A stretch of DNA of 64,000 bases from NCBI GenBank assembly GCA_014804775.1, contig JAAUZB010000058.1, positions 15,180 through 79,179 of the forward strand. Direction: 5' to 3'. A program made the translations under genes and the position numbers. The stretch is from Roseburia sp. GTDB lineage: Bacteria; Bacillota; Clostridia; Lachnospirales; Lachnospiraceae. The notes under the pieces were generated by a model. That model was given only the letters and a program-made list of their open reading frames with translations. It had not been told where the DNA came from and did no database searches. This document shows, in pieces, positions 43,788-52,780 of this stretch (positions are counted from its first letter, which is position 1; the number at the start of each line of letters is the position of its first letter).

Positions 43788-44288
43788 CTAATTAACTTTC
43801 CTGAATTTTTCCAATCGGTAAAGCTGCTCTTCATCCAGCTCTTTGACACCGTTTTTATAGTCGTACCCCTTCTTGCGGTAAAATTCTACCGCAGTGATAG
43901 AGGCAGGAATTTCTATCCTCTCGGCTCTCAAAAACAATTCATCCCCTTCAAGGGTATCAATGATATAACCGCCAATCCCCTGTCCATGAAATTCCGGCAA
44001 GACAAATATAGTGAGCAATATGCTTTCCGTAAGGCTTCCCCAAAAACTTGAAATAGAACCGACACCCACTATTTTATTTTCATTCCAAAACACATACACA
44101 TGTGCATACTCTGCTACACCCTTAAACCAATTTACATCGTGTGTGGCAACCAATTCCTCTGTAGCCTTTTCGCCATAATCTTTTACATTTACTTCTCTGA
44201 AATTTCTGATGATCAAATTGACAATTTCCTCTGCATTCTCCTCACGATAAGGTTTGACAATAACCTCTGTTCCATTTGCTAATTTCAT
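43788..44288 (-). CDS. GNAT N-acetyltransferase
   Basis: IFVLPEFHGQGIG, FYRKKGY. Confidence 0.92.
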   Translation of the reverse strand: MKLANGTEVIVKPYREENAEEIVNLIIRNFREVNVKDYGEKATEELVATHDVNWFKGVAEYAHVYVFWNENKIVGVGSISSFWGSLTESILLTIFVLPEFHGQGIGGYIIDTLEGDELFLRAERIEIPASITAVEFYRKKGYDYKNGVKELDEEQLYRLEKFRKVN

Positions 44289-44309
44289 AAAAACTCCTTC
44301 CTGAACACA

Positions 44310-44344
44310 AAAAATGCACTAAACATACAATATGTCCAGTGCAC
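44310..44344 (-). terminator. Attenuator terminator just upstream of the GNAT RBS
   Basis: Minus strand TGCACTGGACATA-TTG-TATGTTTAGTGCA-TTTTTT. Confidence 0.75.
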
Positions 44345-44467
44345 TCCTAAAATATCGGCTATTACAAGCATTCTATACAATTCAAACTTACACCTACCGA
44401 TTTATATGCACAGACATATCAGACCTACCCTGCCGTAACTGTGCATCCAATCGGAACACAATTACTT

Positions 44468-44521
44468 CTAAGTACGTCTATACATGTACATATCAATCAT
44501 TGTAAAATGTAAGTTCTGCAT
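44468..44521 (-). CDS. Putative 17-aa leader peptide MQNLHFTMIDMYMYRRT
   Basis: AGGAG RBS; first ORF after the promoter and upstream of the terminator. Confidence 0.55.
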   Translation of the reverse strand: MQNLHFTMIDMYMYRRT

Positions 44522-44548
44522 TTTTATGTTCTCCTAAACTTTTTTAAT

Positions 44549-44577
44549 AAACTATCACAATTCTATTTGGATGTCAA
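44549..44577 (-). promoter_or_regulatory. sigma-A promoter of the leader-GNAT operon
   Basis: TTGACA-17bp-TAGTTT with TG extension. Confidence 0.65.
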
Positions 44578-44628
44578 GGAATATTTCTGAAAAAAGAAAT
44601 TGGCAGTTTAAATATCGAGCTCTATAAT

Positions 44629-45162
44629 TCAGCTCACGGTTATCCAGTCACTCTTTGACATTCTGTATTCATATGACGGAAATTCCTTTTTGAAACTCTC
44701 TGAAAAAAATACGCCTTCCTGCATAAATTCAAACCCCATTTTCTCTATTAAGTTTTTAGATGAAATATTGTCTTGGAAGCAGCAAGCCCATACATAAAAA
44801 ACATCTTTCGAGAATAGATAATCTAAAACACAATGGAGCACTTCACTCATAATTCCCTGTCGGCGATATTGATTGTTTAGAGCAAACCCTAGCTCTTTTG
44901 TGTCTGAGCGTCCCTCTTCTGAATCGTCGTGAATTGCAATGTATCCAATCACCTTATTTTCTTTTTTATGAACAACAGCAAAAATGTTTTTATTTAATAT
45001 CCATTGTTCCAGAACTTTTTTTGTCTCATCAGTACTTTTATGTGCACTCCATCCAACCGTCTCAATTTCTGGCTGGCTGCAAAATTCATACATGTCATCT
45101 ATATCTTGCTGACAAAAATTTCTCAAATGAACTCTATCCGTATCAAGTAATTCCATATTCAT
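44629..45162 (-). CDS. RimJ/RimL-type GNAT acetyltransferase
   Basis: LLDTDRVHLR, ELGFAL...RRQGIMSE, NISSKNLIEKMGF. Confidence 0.9.
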   Translation of the reverse strand: MNMELLDTDRVHLRNFCQQDIDDMYEFCSQPEIETVGWSAHKSTDETKKVLEQWILNKNIFAVVHKKENKVIGYIAIHDDSEEGRSDTKELGFALNNQYRRQGIMSEVLHCVLDYLFSKDVFYVWACCFQDNISSKNLIEKMGFEFMQEGVFFSESFKKEFPSYEYRMSKSDWITVS

Positions 45163-45203
45163 TTTCCTCCTCAAATTATTTGCTCTCATTTCCACTTCTC
45201 CAT

Positions 45204-45953
45204 TCACTTGGCGAAATTCTCATGCTGCGACTTGCAGAACTCATATATACCTATCCCGGTTGCCAATGATAAATTCAGCGAATCAATAGAATGCGTATGC
45301 GAAATCACCACGCTTTTTCCCACATTCAGATAGCTCGCATCTAACCCGCTTGCCTCATTTCCAAAAATCAGTGAATATGGTTTATCTTCCGAATGTTCAA
45401 ATGTTCCAAGCTGATATTTTCCGTTTAACATAAAAGGATATTTCTCTCTTTCGCTTCCATACTCCTGATCATACCGGTCAAAACACGAAAAACACTCAAT
45501 TTTTATTTTAAATATCGCTCCCATTGACGCCCTGACCACCTTAGGATGGAAAATATCAACCGCTGGTTCAATAATGGCTAAATTGGTAATGCCAAAACCC
45601 ACACAGCTTCTGATGATCGTACCCAAATTTCCTGTATTGCTTGGATTCACCAACACTACATGGTTCTTATTATGATCTAATTTACAGTAATATTTCTTAA
45701 AGACCGCAATTATAATGCAGTTATCTTTATCACGTATTTTTTCAATATGCCGGTCACTTTGTATTATTTTCACGCCCGTCTTTTTGCATTCTTGCTTTAG
45801 TTTGTTCAAAATCTCCCCTTTTACATCTGAATGCACCAAAATCATTTCTATCACTTCCGGGTTGGTCTGCAGCAGTTCAAATGTCGGAAAGGTTCCAAAG
45901 CAATAGGAACAGGCATCTCGTTTTCTATAATTTTTAATTTCGTTTACTGTCAT
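45204..45953 (-). CDS. TrmH/SpoU-family RNA methyltransferase
   Basis: NPSNTGNLGTIIRS, VRASMGA, FGNEASGL, SLNLSLA. Confidence 0.93.
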   Translation of the reverse strand: MTVNEIKNYRKRDACSYCFGTFPTFELLQTNPEVIEMILVHSDVKGEILNKLKQECKKTGVKIIQSDRHIEKIRDKDNCIIIAVFKKYYCKLDHNKNHVVLVNPSNTGNLGTIIRSCVGFGITNLAIIEPAVDIFHPKVVRASMGAIFKIKIECFSCFDRYDQEYGSEREKYPFMLNGKYQLGTFEHSEDKPYSLIFGNEASGLDASYLNVGKSVVISHTHSIDSLNLSLATGIGIYEFCKSQHENFAK

Positions 45954-46101
45954 CGGCTGTCTCCATATCAATCATTACAAAATATTCTTGTACCGCCAAG
46001 TAAACTATATAATACGCATTGAAATATTTCGAGTCTTCAAAATGATTATAGCCATTTTAGATAATATTACCTACAGTGCCTTTGAATCCCACAATATAAA
46101 A

Positions 46102-46136
46102 TCTCCCGAAATTATGATTTCATAATTTTCGGGAGA
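46102..46136 (-). terminator. Hairpin downstream of the CD3324-family gene
   Basis: TCTCCCGAAATTATGA-TT-TCATAATTTTCGGGAGA. Confidence 0.65.
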
Positions 46137-46144
46137 CCGTTTCA

Positions 46145-46411
46145 TCACTGCTTTTTTTGATAAATTATTTTCTTAATTGTGCTGTCAGATAATCCGAATT
46201 TTTTTGCCAGTTCCTCAACCGGCATACCGGCATAAAATAATTCCCTGATCTGACTGTTTCTTTCCAAATAGAACCTTTTTGATCCGCTAATCGCACCCCA
46301 CTCCTGCTTTGATTCAGACTTGGGAATATATAAAAGCTCTCCTTCGGTAAAACATTGAATTTCCCGCAATAATCCGGGAGGTAAAATTTCTGCTGCATTT
46401 TTGTATTTCAT
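46145..46411 (-). CDS. CD3324-family (Mor-like HTH) protein
   Basis: MKYKNAAEILP..LLREIQ...GELLYIP...WG..SG, RN..IR, LAKKFGLSDSTIKKIIY. Confidence 0.85.
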   Translation of the reverse strand: MKYKNAAEILPPGLLREIQCFTEGELLYIPKSESKQEWGAISGSKRFYLERNSQIRELFYAGMPVEELAKKFGLSDSTIKKIIYQKKQ

Positions 46412-46491
46412 CTTTCCCGCTCCTTATTTATTCTGTAATAAACAAGTGCAGAACAGCAGATTATATCGCTTTATCAGCCCATACAGATCTC

Positions 46492-46560
46492 TTATAACTG
46501 CTGTTCTGCATGGGCATCAAATCCTAGTTTATGACTAAACCCGCCTATATATATCATCAT
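46492..46560 (-). CDS. Putative 22-aa leader peptide MMIYIGGFSHKLGFDAHAEQQL
   Basis: AAAGAGGTG RBS; overlaps the 5' arm of a 13-bp inverted repeat TGCAGAACAGCAG (46447-46459 / 46498-46510). Confidence 0.45.
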   Translation of the reverse strand: MMIYIGGFSHKLGFDAHAEQQL

Positions 46561-46635
46561 ATACATCACCTCTTTCTATATACAGTTAATTTACACTATA
46601 AATAGCTTATATGCTAGTGGAAAAAATAACTATAG

Positions 46636-46992
46636 TTATTCTCGATTTTCGTTCCAAACTTTCCAAAAGTTTCTGTTGCCTAGCGGTTTTGCTGTAAGCC
46701 TGAACAAAATACATCCGTCCGGGCACATAACAACCTTACTGTACTTACTGTCTCCACCTATATTTTCCAGATCGCCTCCGCTTCTGACAGCCTCCATGAT
46801 AGGGTACATCATCATCATTACTTTGGAGCAGATGCCCTGTCCCTGTGAGTTTACAGGGCAGCCATAAGTGCAGGTATACTTGTCTCCAATTTCCTCGCCA
46901 TTCCTGCAAAACATCTCTGTTTCCTCATTGTCCTTATTAAATCCGATCACTTCAATTTCCCATTCATATTCTTCGTCATACCATTTCTTCAC
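46636..46992 (-). CDS. TIGR04076-family Cys-containing protein
   Basis: GTG start with GGAG RBS; CRNGEEIGD, CTYGCP, IC, CPDG.ILFRL. Confidence 0.75.
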   Translation of the reverse strand: MKKWYDEEYEWEIEVIGFNKDNEETEMFCRNGEEIGDKYTCTYGCPVNSQGQGICSKVMMMMYPIMEAVRSGGDLENIGGDSKYSKVVMCPDGCILFRLTAKPLGNRNFWKVWNENRE

Positions 46993-47076
46993 GTTAATCT
47001 CCTCCTTCTCTACTGCTGATAATATTGTACTAAATACACATAGTAATTACCACCAATTTTAGAGTTCTTTTTCGCA

Positions 47077-47673
47077 TCAGCTTATCCGTATTTCTGCCTT
47101 TTCGGCAAAATACTCCCGCTTTGCAATAAGTTCCTCCTGTTTATCCTTTGGCAGGCATTTGAATATATCCTCATAATCCATTTCTGTCATTGGTGTATTT
47201 TTTGTAAGTCTGAGTAACTGCGACTCAAACCATTCGTCCCACAAATCAAGAAAAAGTTCCAAGCTATCAGTGTAAGCTATTGCATCATCAAATCCATACG
47301 GGAATTTATAATATATTAGTTTTACAAATCCATATCTTCCTGCCTCAACAACCATAATATCAATGTCATCAAGCTCTTCTGCATAAGCATCTACAACTTT
47401 TTTGCATTTTTCACGTTCCTCATCACTAATATATACTCGCTTCTGCTTAGCTTTTTCTTCTTTATGCCCCTGCCATTCTTTCTCCATCTGGACGATCTGT
47501 TCCTCCAAGAACTGAAGCTTTCCTTCTATATCTGCTTTGGAAGTAGAGGTAACTGCAAACTGCAGTGTCTCCTTTTCATTCCACCCTTTGATTTTTTCGT
47601 AGCGCTCCACCAGTTCTGAAAGCCTTTCATGTTGTTCATCTTCAAGCATATAAGTGATTTCGTAAAACTTCAT
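47077..47673 (-). CDS. Hypothetical protein
   Basis: 198-aa ORF with AAAGGAG RBS, divergent from an XRE gene. Confidence 0.75.
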   Translation of the reverse strand: MKFYEITYMLEDEQHERLSELVERYEKIKGWNEKETLQFAVTSTSKADIEGKLQFLEEQIVQMEKEWQGHKEEKAKQKRVYISDEEREKCKKVVDAYAEELDDIDIMVVEAGRYGFVKLIYYKFPYGFDDAIAYTDSLELFLDLWDEWFESQLLRLTKNTPMTEMDYEDIFKCLPKDKQEELIAKREYFAEKAEIRIS

Positions 47674-47832
47674 TTGTTTGTTATTCTCCTTTCAAAATGT
47701 GTCTCGGTTTCATCTGTTCCTTATATCTGCGCAACTAATATTTAGTGTCGTTATGCGAACACTATTATTGAGCTAATTTTACAAGGATAATTAATATAAT
47801 GCAAGTACATTTTGAAAGAGGCAGTGATAAAA

Positions 47833-48045
47833 ATGATAAGCTATGACCGCTTATGGATAACCATGAAGGAAAAGGGAGTCTCGCAATACGACCTCTATAC
47901 CAAATATAACGTAAACCGTTCGCAACTAGACCGTTTGCGCCACAATAAGAACGTCCATGTCAACACAATTGATAAACTGTGCAATATTCTCCATTGCAAT
48001 GTTGAGGATATTATGGAACATTTTGACGATGACAATACATTTTAA
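47833..48045 (+). CDS. Cro/C1-type small HTH regulator
   Basis: MISYDRLW..MKEKG.SQY.L...TIDKLCNILHCNVEDIME. Confidence 0.9.
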   Translation: MISYDRLWITMKEKGVSQYDLYTKYNVNRSQLDRLRHNKNVHVNTIDKLCNILHCNVEDIMEHFDDDNTF

Positions 48046-48075
48046 ATTAAGAAGAAAATTATCCATGCCCATTCT

Positions 48076-48141
48076 GGCAGCTTATGTCTGACCTCTTTCG
48101 GACTTGGGTATGCCATCGGAAGTAATAAGACACAAAAATAG
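48076..48141 (+). pseudogene. 5'-truncated small hydrophobic peptide (type I toxin-like)
   Basis: GSLCLTSFGLGYAIGSNKTQK* with no in-frame start or RBS upstream. Confidence 0.45.
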
Positions 48142-48258
48142 CCGCCCACGTCTGGTAAACTAAGCGGCAATTTTTGTCAAACTAATTTACTTGGACTAAC
48201 CGTCTATCGGTAGCACTCTTTCTATCATCATATTAACACTATGTAATGAATATGTCAA
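48134..48258 (-). ncRNA. Candidate convergent small RNA (antitoxin-like) with its own promoter
   Basis: TTGACA-17bp-TAATAT (48253-48258 / 48230-48235) with TG; no ORF; ends at hairpin TAGCCGC...GCGGCAA flanked by A/T tracts. Confidence 0.5.
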
Positions 48259-48325
48259 AGAATTTTCTTTTTCACATATGCAGCGATACTCTTTCCCATC
48301 ATTTCCAAATTGTCATTGCCAAAAG

Positions 48326-48970
48326 TTATCGAATACCTTCCCATTCCGCCATAAATTCCGAAATATATATTCGCATATAGGCGTCTCTTTCTTTCGCTAT
48401 TGCTTTTGCCGTAGCCGTATTCATTAGTTTACTAAGCAAAAACAGCTTTTCATAAAAATGATTTATCGTTGTGGAAGTATTATTTTGGTATTCTTTTTTG
48501 GTCATCTCTTCTTTAAAAGGAATATCGGGATCATAGATTGCCCTGTTGTGATTGCCCCCATACGCAAATGCCCTTGCAATTCCGATCGCACCGATCGCAT
48601 CTAATCTGTCAGCATCCTGTACACACTTACCTTCTATTGAATTAGGTACAGTAGAGTCTATTCCGGCAAAAGATACAACATCTATAATGTCACAAATCAT
48701 TTTTATTATTTCTTGGGACACATCATGCCTGTTCAGGAAATCAACTGCTTTGTCTTTATTTGCATGTGTCTGAGGCGACAATTTACTATCATCAACATCA
48801 TGTAACAACGCGGCTAACTGAACAATCATTATATCTGCCCCCTCCTGTTCAGCTATTGTCGTAGCCATTTTATATACCCTTAGAGTATGAAAAAAATCAT
48901 GTCCGCTATAGTCGTGTTCAAATACATTTTTCACATATTCGATAGCCTCATCAATAATCTGCTTATCCAT
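48326..48970 (-). CDS. HD-domain phosphohydrolase (YedJ-like)
   Basis: SGHDFFHTLRV, ALLHDVDD, VQDADRLDAIGAIGIAR, HFYEKL. Confidence 0.93.
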   Translation of the reverse strand: MDKQIIDEAIEYVKNVFEHDYSGHDFFHTLRVYKMATTIAEQEGADIMIVQLAALLHDVDDSKLSPQTHANKDKAVDFLNRHDVSQEIIKMICDIIDVVSFAGIDSTVPNSIEGKCVQDADRLDAIGAIGIARAFAYGGNHNRAIYDPDIPFKEEMTKKEYQNNTSTTINHFYEKLFLLSKLMNTATAKAIAKERDAYMRIYISEFMAEWEGIR

Positions 48971-49034
48971 AACAATTCCTCTGCTTCCTACTGTTCTTTT
49001 GCAACAACCATTGTCCTTTTCAACAATAAACACT

Positions 49035-49967
49035 TTAATAGTCAGTCACTATTTTTATGGCTATTTCTCTTGCCTTCGCGCTGGACACATTTCCATTCTC
49101 CGTCTCACCTAAATACACACAAAAGTATATTCTTTTATCAGCGGTATCCGCAAAACCTGTAAACCATGAGTCAACGACAATCCCCTGCGCCATGCCCATT
49201 CCTGTTTTTCCATAAATCGAAATATCTGCTTCACTTTCCCCTTGCAGCAGCATAACCTGCTTTAATTCATTTAATGCATCTTCCGAATAATCTGTATTTT
49301 CGCCAAAAATACGTTCCATTACTTCTACCTGCTCTTTCGGCGAAATCAGCAATGACGATTCAATCCAAAAGCCCGTTAAAACCGGATTGCTATTATTTGA
49401 ATTTAACCGCCCATCCCAATCAGAAATGTCACAATTACCGTATTGAAGTCTGTCTAAGTCCTCCTGCATTACATCCCTGCCAATTTCATCAATAACCTCT
49501 CGAAAATACCAAACACAGGAAGCATGAAACGCATCAGAAAAATCAATATCCTTATTCCACTCCTCGTTCCAAAATATTTCTCCGCTCCATGTGCGAATAG
49601 AGTCATCCGGCACAATTATCCCTTTTTCCAAAGCAATCAAAGATGAAATTATTTTAAAGGTCGAACATGGTGAACGCCGGGTACACGCCAATTCCTGATT
49701 ATATATCTGATAGCAGTTCTCCGTCAGATCATAAATAACAGCAGCGCCATTGATTCCGTCAAAATAATCTGACCAGTCCACCTCTGTTATGATCGGCTCA
49801 GCAATTTCCTCTGTTGGCAGTTCTTCCGTCTGCGTTACCTCTTCCGACATGTTCATTTCCTCTGATTGCTCATCTGCCAAATTATCACTTTCTTTTGAAC
49901 AACCTGCCAGAGTTAAAAGTAAACATATAAAAATACAAATTTTATATGATGTATCTATTTTTTTCAT
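49035..49967 (-). CDS. Class D beta-lactamase-like / penicillin-binding lipoprotein
   Basis: Lipobox LAGC; PCSTFK (SxxK), SCVWY (SxV), YGN, FW, KTG. Confidence 0.85.
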   Translation of the reverse strand: MKKIDTSYKICIFICLLLTLAGCSKESDNLADEQSEEMNMSEEVTQTEELPTEEIAEPIITEVDWSDYFDGINGAAVIYDLTENCYQIYNQELACTRRSPCSTFKIISSLIALEKGIIVPDDSIRTWSGEIFWNEEWNKDIDFSDAFHASCVWYFREVIDEIGRDVMQEDLDRLQYGNCDISDWDGRLNSNNSNPVLTGFWIESSLLISPKEQVEVMERIFGENTDYSEDALNELKQVMLLQGESEADISIYGKTGMGMAQGIVVDSWFTGFADTADKRIYFCVYLGETENGNVSSAKAREIAIKIVTDY

Positions 49968-50332
49968 ACTTCTGTCTCCTGCTCTATCCCTAAAAATGAT
50001 GTTATTTTTCCGTAAGTGTATTCGCCATCAATCAATCCAAATTCAGGATCATAATATTTGTTGTCGTATAGCAGCATCCAATGAGTGTAACCCGCATTTG
50101 TATGCACTGTCAAAATAGAATATTTATATGGTGCAGGATTCTTTTTTGAAATACGGGTATTCTTTTTGGCATGTTTCACTCCGTAAAAGTCCAATATTTC
50201 AATCAGCTGTCCTATGCTGGTAGGTCCGCTTGTTTTCATGTCTTTCATTACTTCCTCTATATCCTTACCTGTAATCATTGCAATACATGCCTGACCACAG
50301 TTTTCAGAAGTGGTTTGCATAACCAGTTTCAT
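49964..50332 (-). CDS. Stand-alone peptidase C39-like protein
   Basis: QTTSENCGQACIAM, HWML, YYDP; ATGA overlap with the next gene. Confidence 0.65.
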   Translation of the reverse strand: MKLVMQTTSENCGQACIAMITGKDIEEVMKDMKTSGPTSIGQLIEILDFYGVKHAKKNTRISKKNPAPYKYSILTVHTNAGYTHWMLLYDNKYYDPEFGLIDGEYTYGKITSFLGIEQETEV

Positions 50333-50371
50333 TTTATCTTCTCCTTCCAAATTTATTGTTCACTGTCATCA

Positions 50372-51109
50372 TTACGAGAAATTTGTAAAGCTGTCTGTCC
50401 TCGAAACACTGTCCACATGAATATATACATCCATGTAGGTATTCCCTTCTTTTTTATACACATACTCAAAGCAGGATAAAATACCCTCCTTCGGCTTTTC
50501 GCGAAATCCGTTTGCCTGTAAAAACTCCATTATTTTTTTATAGGCATTTGGAATACGTCCTAAGGCCGTCGCAAAAGGATCACGTACTGTAATCACAGCA
50601 TAATCCGCTTCTTTCTGATCTGCAAATTCCACACCCGGACAGCTTGTCTCAAACCCTTCCGGTAAAATATAGGCTGCCACATATCCGCGAAGGCCAAACC
50701 TATTTTGCATTTCAGATATAGCAAACGGAAAATCCCATCCGATTCTCATTGCATCCGGCTGAAATTCCAGCAGACCTGACCGTCTGGCCCAGTTTTCCAT
50801 GTAGGAATTTACATCATCTTCCGGATTCGGCGTGAGCATCACATATCTCGCCATCTTGAACGCTTTCACTTTTTTTACTGTAATTTCCGAATAAACCCCG
50901 TCATCGACATTCATATCTTCTTTGACCAAGGCATCCAATTTGCAAGAGAACATATCACTTAAGGCAACCAGCTTATTCAATTCAGGGATAATTTCATCCG
51001 CTTCCCATTTGTATATTGTCTGGCGGGAAACCGACATCCTCTCCGCTAACTGCTCTTGTGTAATTTTCTTTTGTTTTCTCAAGTACTGAATATTTTTCCC
51101 TAAACTCAT
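50372..51109 (-). CDS. XRE HTH regulator with a GyrI-like effector-binding domain
   Basis: LRKQKKITQEQLAERMSVSRQTIYKWE; C-terminal IGWDFP...GYVAA...CFE. Confidence 0.85.
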   Translation of the reverse strand: MSLGKNIQYLRKQKKITQEQLAERMSVSRQTIYKWEADEIIPELNKLVALSDMFSCKLDALVKEDMNVDDGVYSEITVKKVKAFKMARYVMLTPNPEDDVNSYMENWARRSGLLEFQPDAMRIGWDFPFAISEMQNRFGLRGYVAAYILPEGFETSCPGVEFADQKEADYAVITVRDPFATALGRIPNAYKKIMEFLQANGFREKPKEGILSCFEYVYKKEGNTYMDVYIHVDSVSRTDSFTNFS

Positions 51110-51414
51110 AGAACATCCTCCTGAGCTCATATGCTGATGAAGTCATAGCTTTATATTACCATAATCTATTGAGAAAAAACACCAACTCAGAAACGTAACT
51201 TCAGTAAGAATTGTCAACTGGGGGTTTACAGACTATGATTTTCTTTCCCTTGCTTTTTCCCTTATGAGGGTTCATAATTCCCTATGAGAAGATATAATCC
51301 AAGGAAAACTATAATCAATTGGCAAATGTCTATTTTCATATTTGGAGAGGAGGAAAATGGTGATGGAAATTTGGATGGCATCTGAAAACTAAACTATTAT
51401 AATGGAGGTTTCAG

Positions 51415-51549
51415 ATGGGAAAAAAGAAGAGAGAACATGTAGTATTTGATCAAATGCTAAAGCAGAAAAAGAGTATTCCTTTTTCGATAATAAATAAGGA
51501 GGGCCCCCAAAAACAGAAAAGAAAATCTATGAGGAGCAAAGGATCATGA
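51415..51549 (+). CDS. Possible 44-aa basic small protein
   Basis: GGAGG RBS; MGKKKREHVVFDQMLKQKKSIPFSIINKEGPQKQKRKSMRSKGS. Confidence 0.3.
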   Translation: MGKKKREHVVFDQMLKQKKSIPFSIINKEGPQKQKRKSMRSKGS

Positions 51550-51599
51550 ATAAAAGAGTTCTTTTTTAGGTGGCTCTCCTTGTAGCGGAAAAAGTACTG

Positions 51600-52244
51600 T
51601 TACTGAACGAATTTCAAAGGAATAACGCAACGCATATAATTTCTATTAGCATTATTCCAATTGACTACATGAAACCAGTCATCTATATAATCCGCTCTTT
51701 TGTTATAATGCTTCAGATAATATGCGTGTTCCCAGACATCTATGCTGAGTACAGGACACATCATTAGGGGTAAAGGGGTATCTTGGTTTTGGGTCGTAAT
51801 AATTCTCAGTTGTCCAGTGGCATCAACAACCAGCCATGCATAGCCAGAACCAAAAACGGATAAAGCAGCTGTCTTAAACTGATCTTGAAATGATTGATAG
51901 CTGCCAAATTCGTTTTCAATTGCTTCGCCTAATATTCCAACGGGATATGATGAGGTAGAAGGGGCAAGATTTGAAAAATAAAATTGATGGTTAAAAACAC
52001 CTCCACCATTATTTTTTATGGCTGTTTGGATTTCATTCGGAAGACTGGGAATATTCATGATGAGTTGTTCAAGTGTCCAATTCTGGAATTGGGGATATTC
52101 ACTAAGTGTATTGTTCAGATTGTCAATATAAGTCTGTAGATGTTTGTCATGATGTAACATCATTGTTTTTTCATCAATATAAGGTTCCATAGCATTATAG
52201 GCATATGGTAGTGGAATATTAATAAATTTATAATGTTCGTTCAT
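51600..52244 (-). CDS. sodA: Fe/Mn superoxide dismutase
   Basis: LPYAYNAMEPYID, HHDKH, NNGGGVFNH, FGSGYAWL, DVWEHAYY. Confidence 0.95.
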   Translation of the reverse strand: MNEHYKFINIPLPYAYNAMEPYIDEKTMMLHHDKHLQTYIDNLNNTLSEYPQFQNWTLEQLIMNIPSLPNEIQTAIKNNGGGVFNHQFYFSNLAPSTSSYPVGILGEAIENEFGSYQSFQDQFKTAALSVFGSGYAWLVVDATGQLRIITTQNQDTPLPLMMCPVLSIDVWEHAYYLKHYNKRADYIDDWFHVVNWNNANRNYMRCVIPLKFVQ

Positions 52245-52267
52245 TTTTTTATATTTTGTTTTTATCT

Positions 52268-52296
52268 AATATATGTTTGTGATGTGCAGCATATGA
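52268..52296 (-). promoter_or_regulatory. Possible sporulation sigma-E type promoter for sod
   Basis: TCATATG-14bp-CATATATT on the minus strand. Confidence 0.4.
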
Positions 52297-52299
52297 ATG

Positions 52300-52755
52300 C
52301 TAAATTGCCAACAGTTTATCTAATTCTATACGCAATCGGGTTTTTAAATCATCTAATTCTTCTGGCGTTGGCAGAAATTCATCTGCCACCAATTCCGAAC
52401 CTAATTCCCAGACAGGTCCTCCAGTTTCAATATCCCCTTTTCTTCTGGGAAAAAGGTGCCAATGCATATGGACACCACTGCCTGCACCTAAAAGCTCATA
52501 GTTCAGCTTATCTGGCTTAAATGCATTGTAAACAGCCTCTGCCACAATTGCCATTTCACGCAGAAATTCATCCCTAAAATCCGGTTCCAAAAAATGCAGT
52601 TCCGTTGCGTGTTCCTTGCATAGAAACAAAGAATAACCTTTAATACGTTGATGATCTCCAATTACAACATATCCCGTATTCAATTCTTTGACAAAATATG
52701 GATTCTTACCATTTTTAATCCAATCAATTCTCTCACAAACCATACAATATTCCAT
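52300..52755 (-). CDS. HIT-family protein
   Basis: CMVC N-terminus, KLNYELLG, HMHWH triad. Confidence 0.92.
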   Translation of the reverse strand: MEYCMVCERIDWIKNGKNPYFVKELNTGYVVIGDHQRIKGYSLFLCKEHATELHFLEPDFRDEFLREMAIVAEAVYNAFKPDKLNYELLGAGSGVHMHWHLFPRRKGDIETGGPVWELGSELVADEFLPTPEELDDLKTRLRIELDKLLAI

Positions 52756-52780
52756 AGATTTCGTCTCCGTTCCATCAAAT

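Noticed and set aside
46099-46136. AAAATCTCCCG hairpin as a third tuf junction
   Set aside because: Only the first ~11 nt match; no EF-Tu coding fragment adjoins it.
49964-50332. C39-like protein as the RiPP leader peptidase
   Set aside because: It sits in a different operon separated by sod, HIT and an IS relic. The precursor's Gly run lies after the first Cys rather than ending a typical double-glycine leader.
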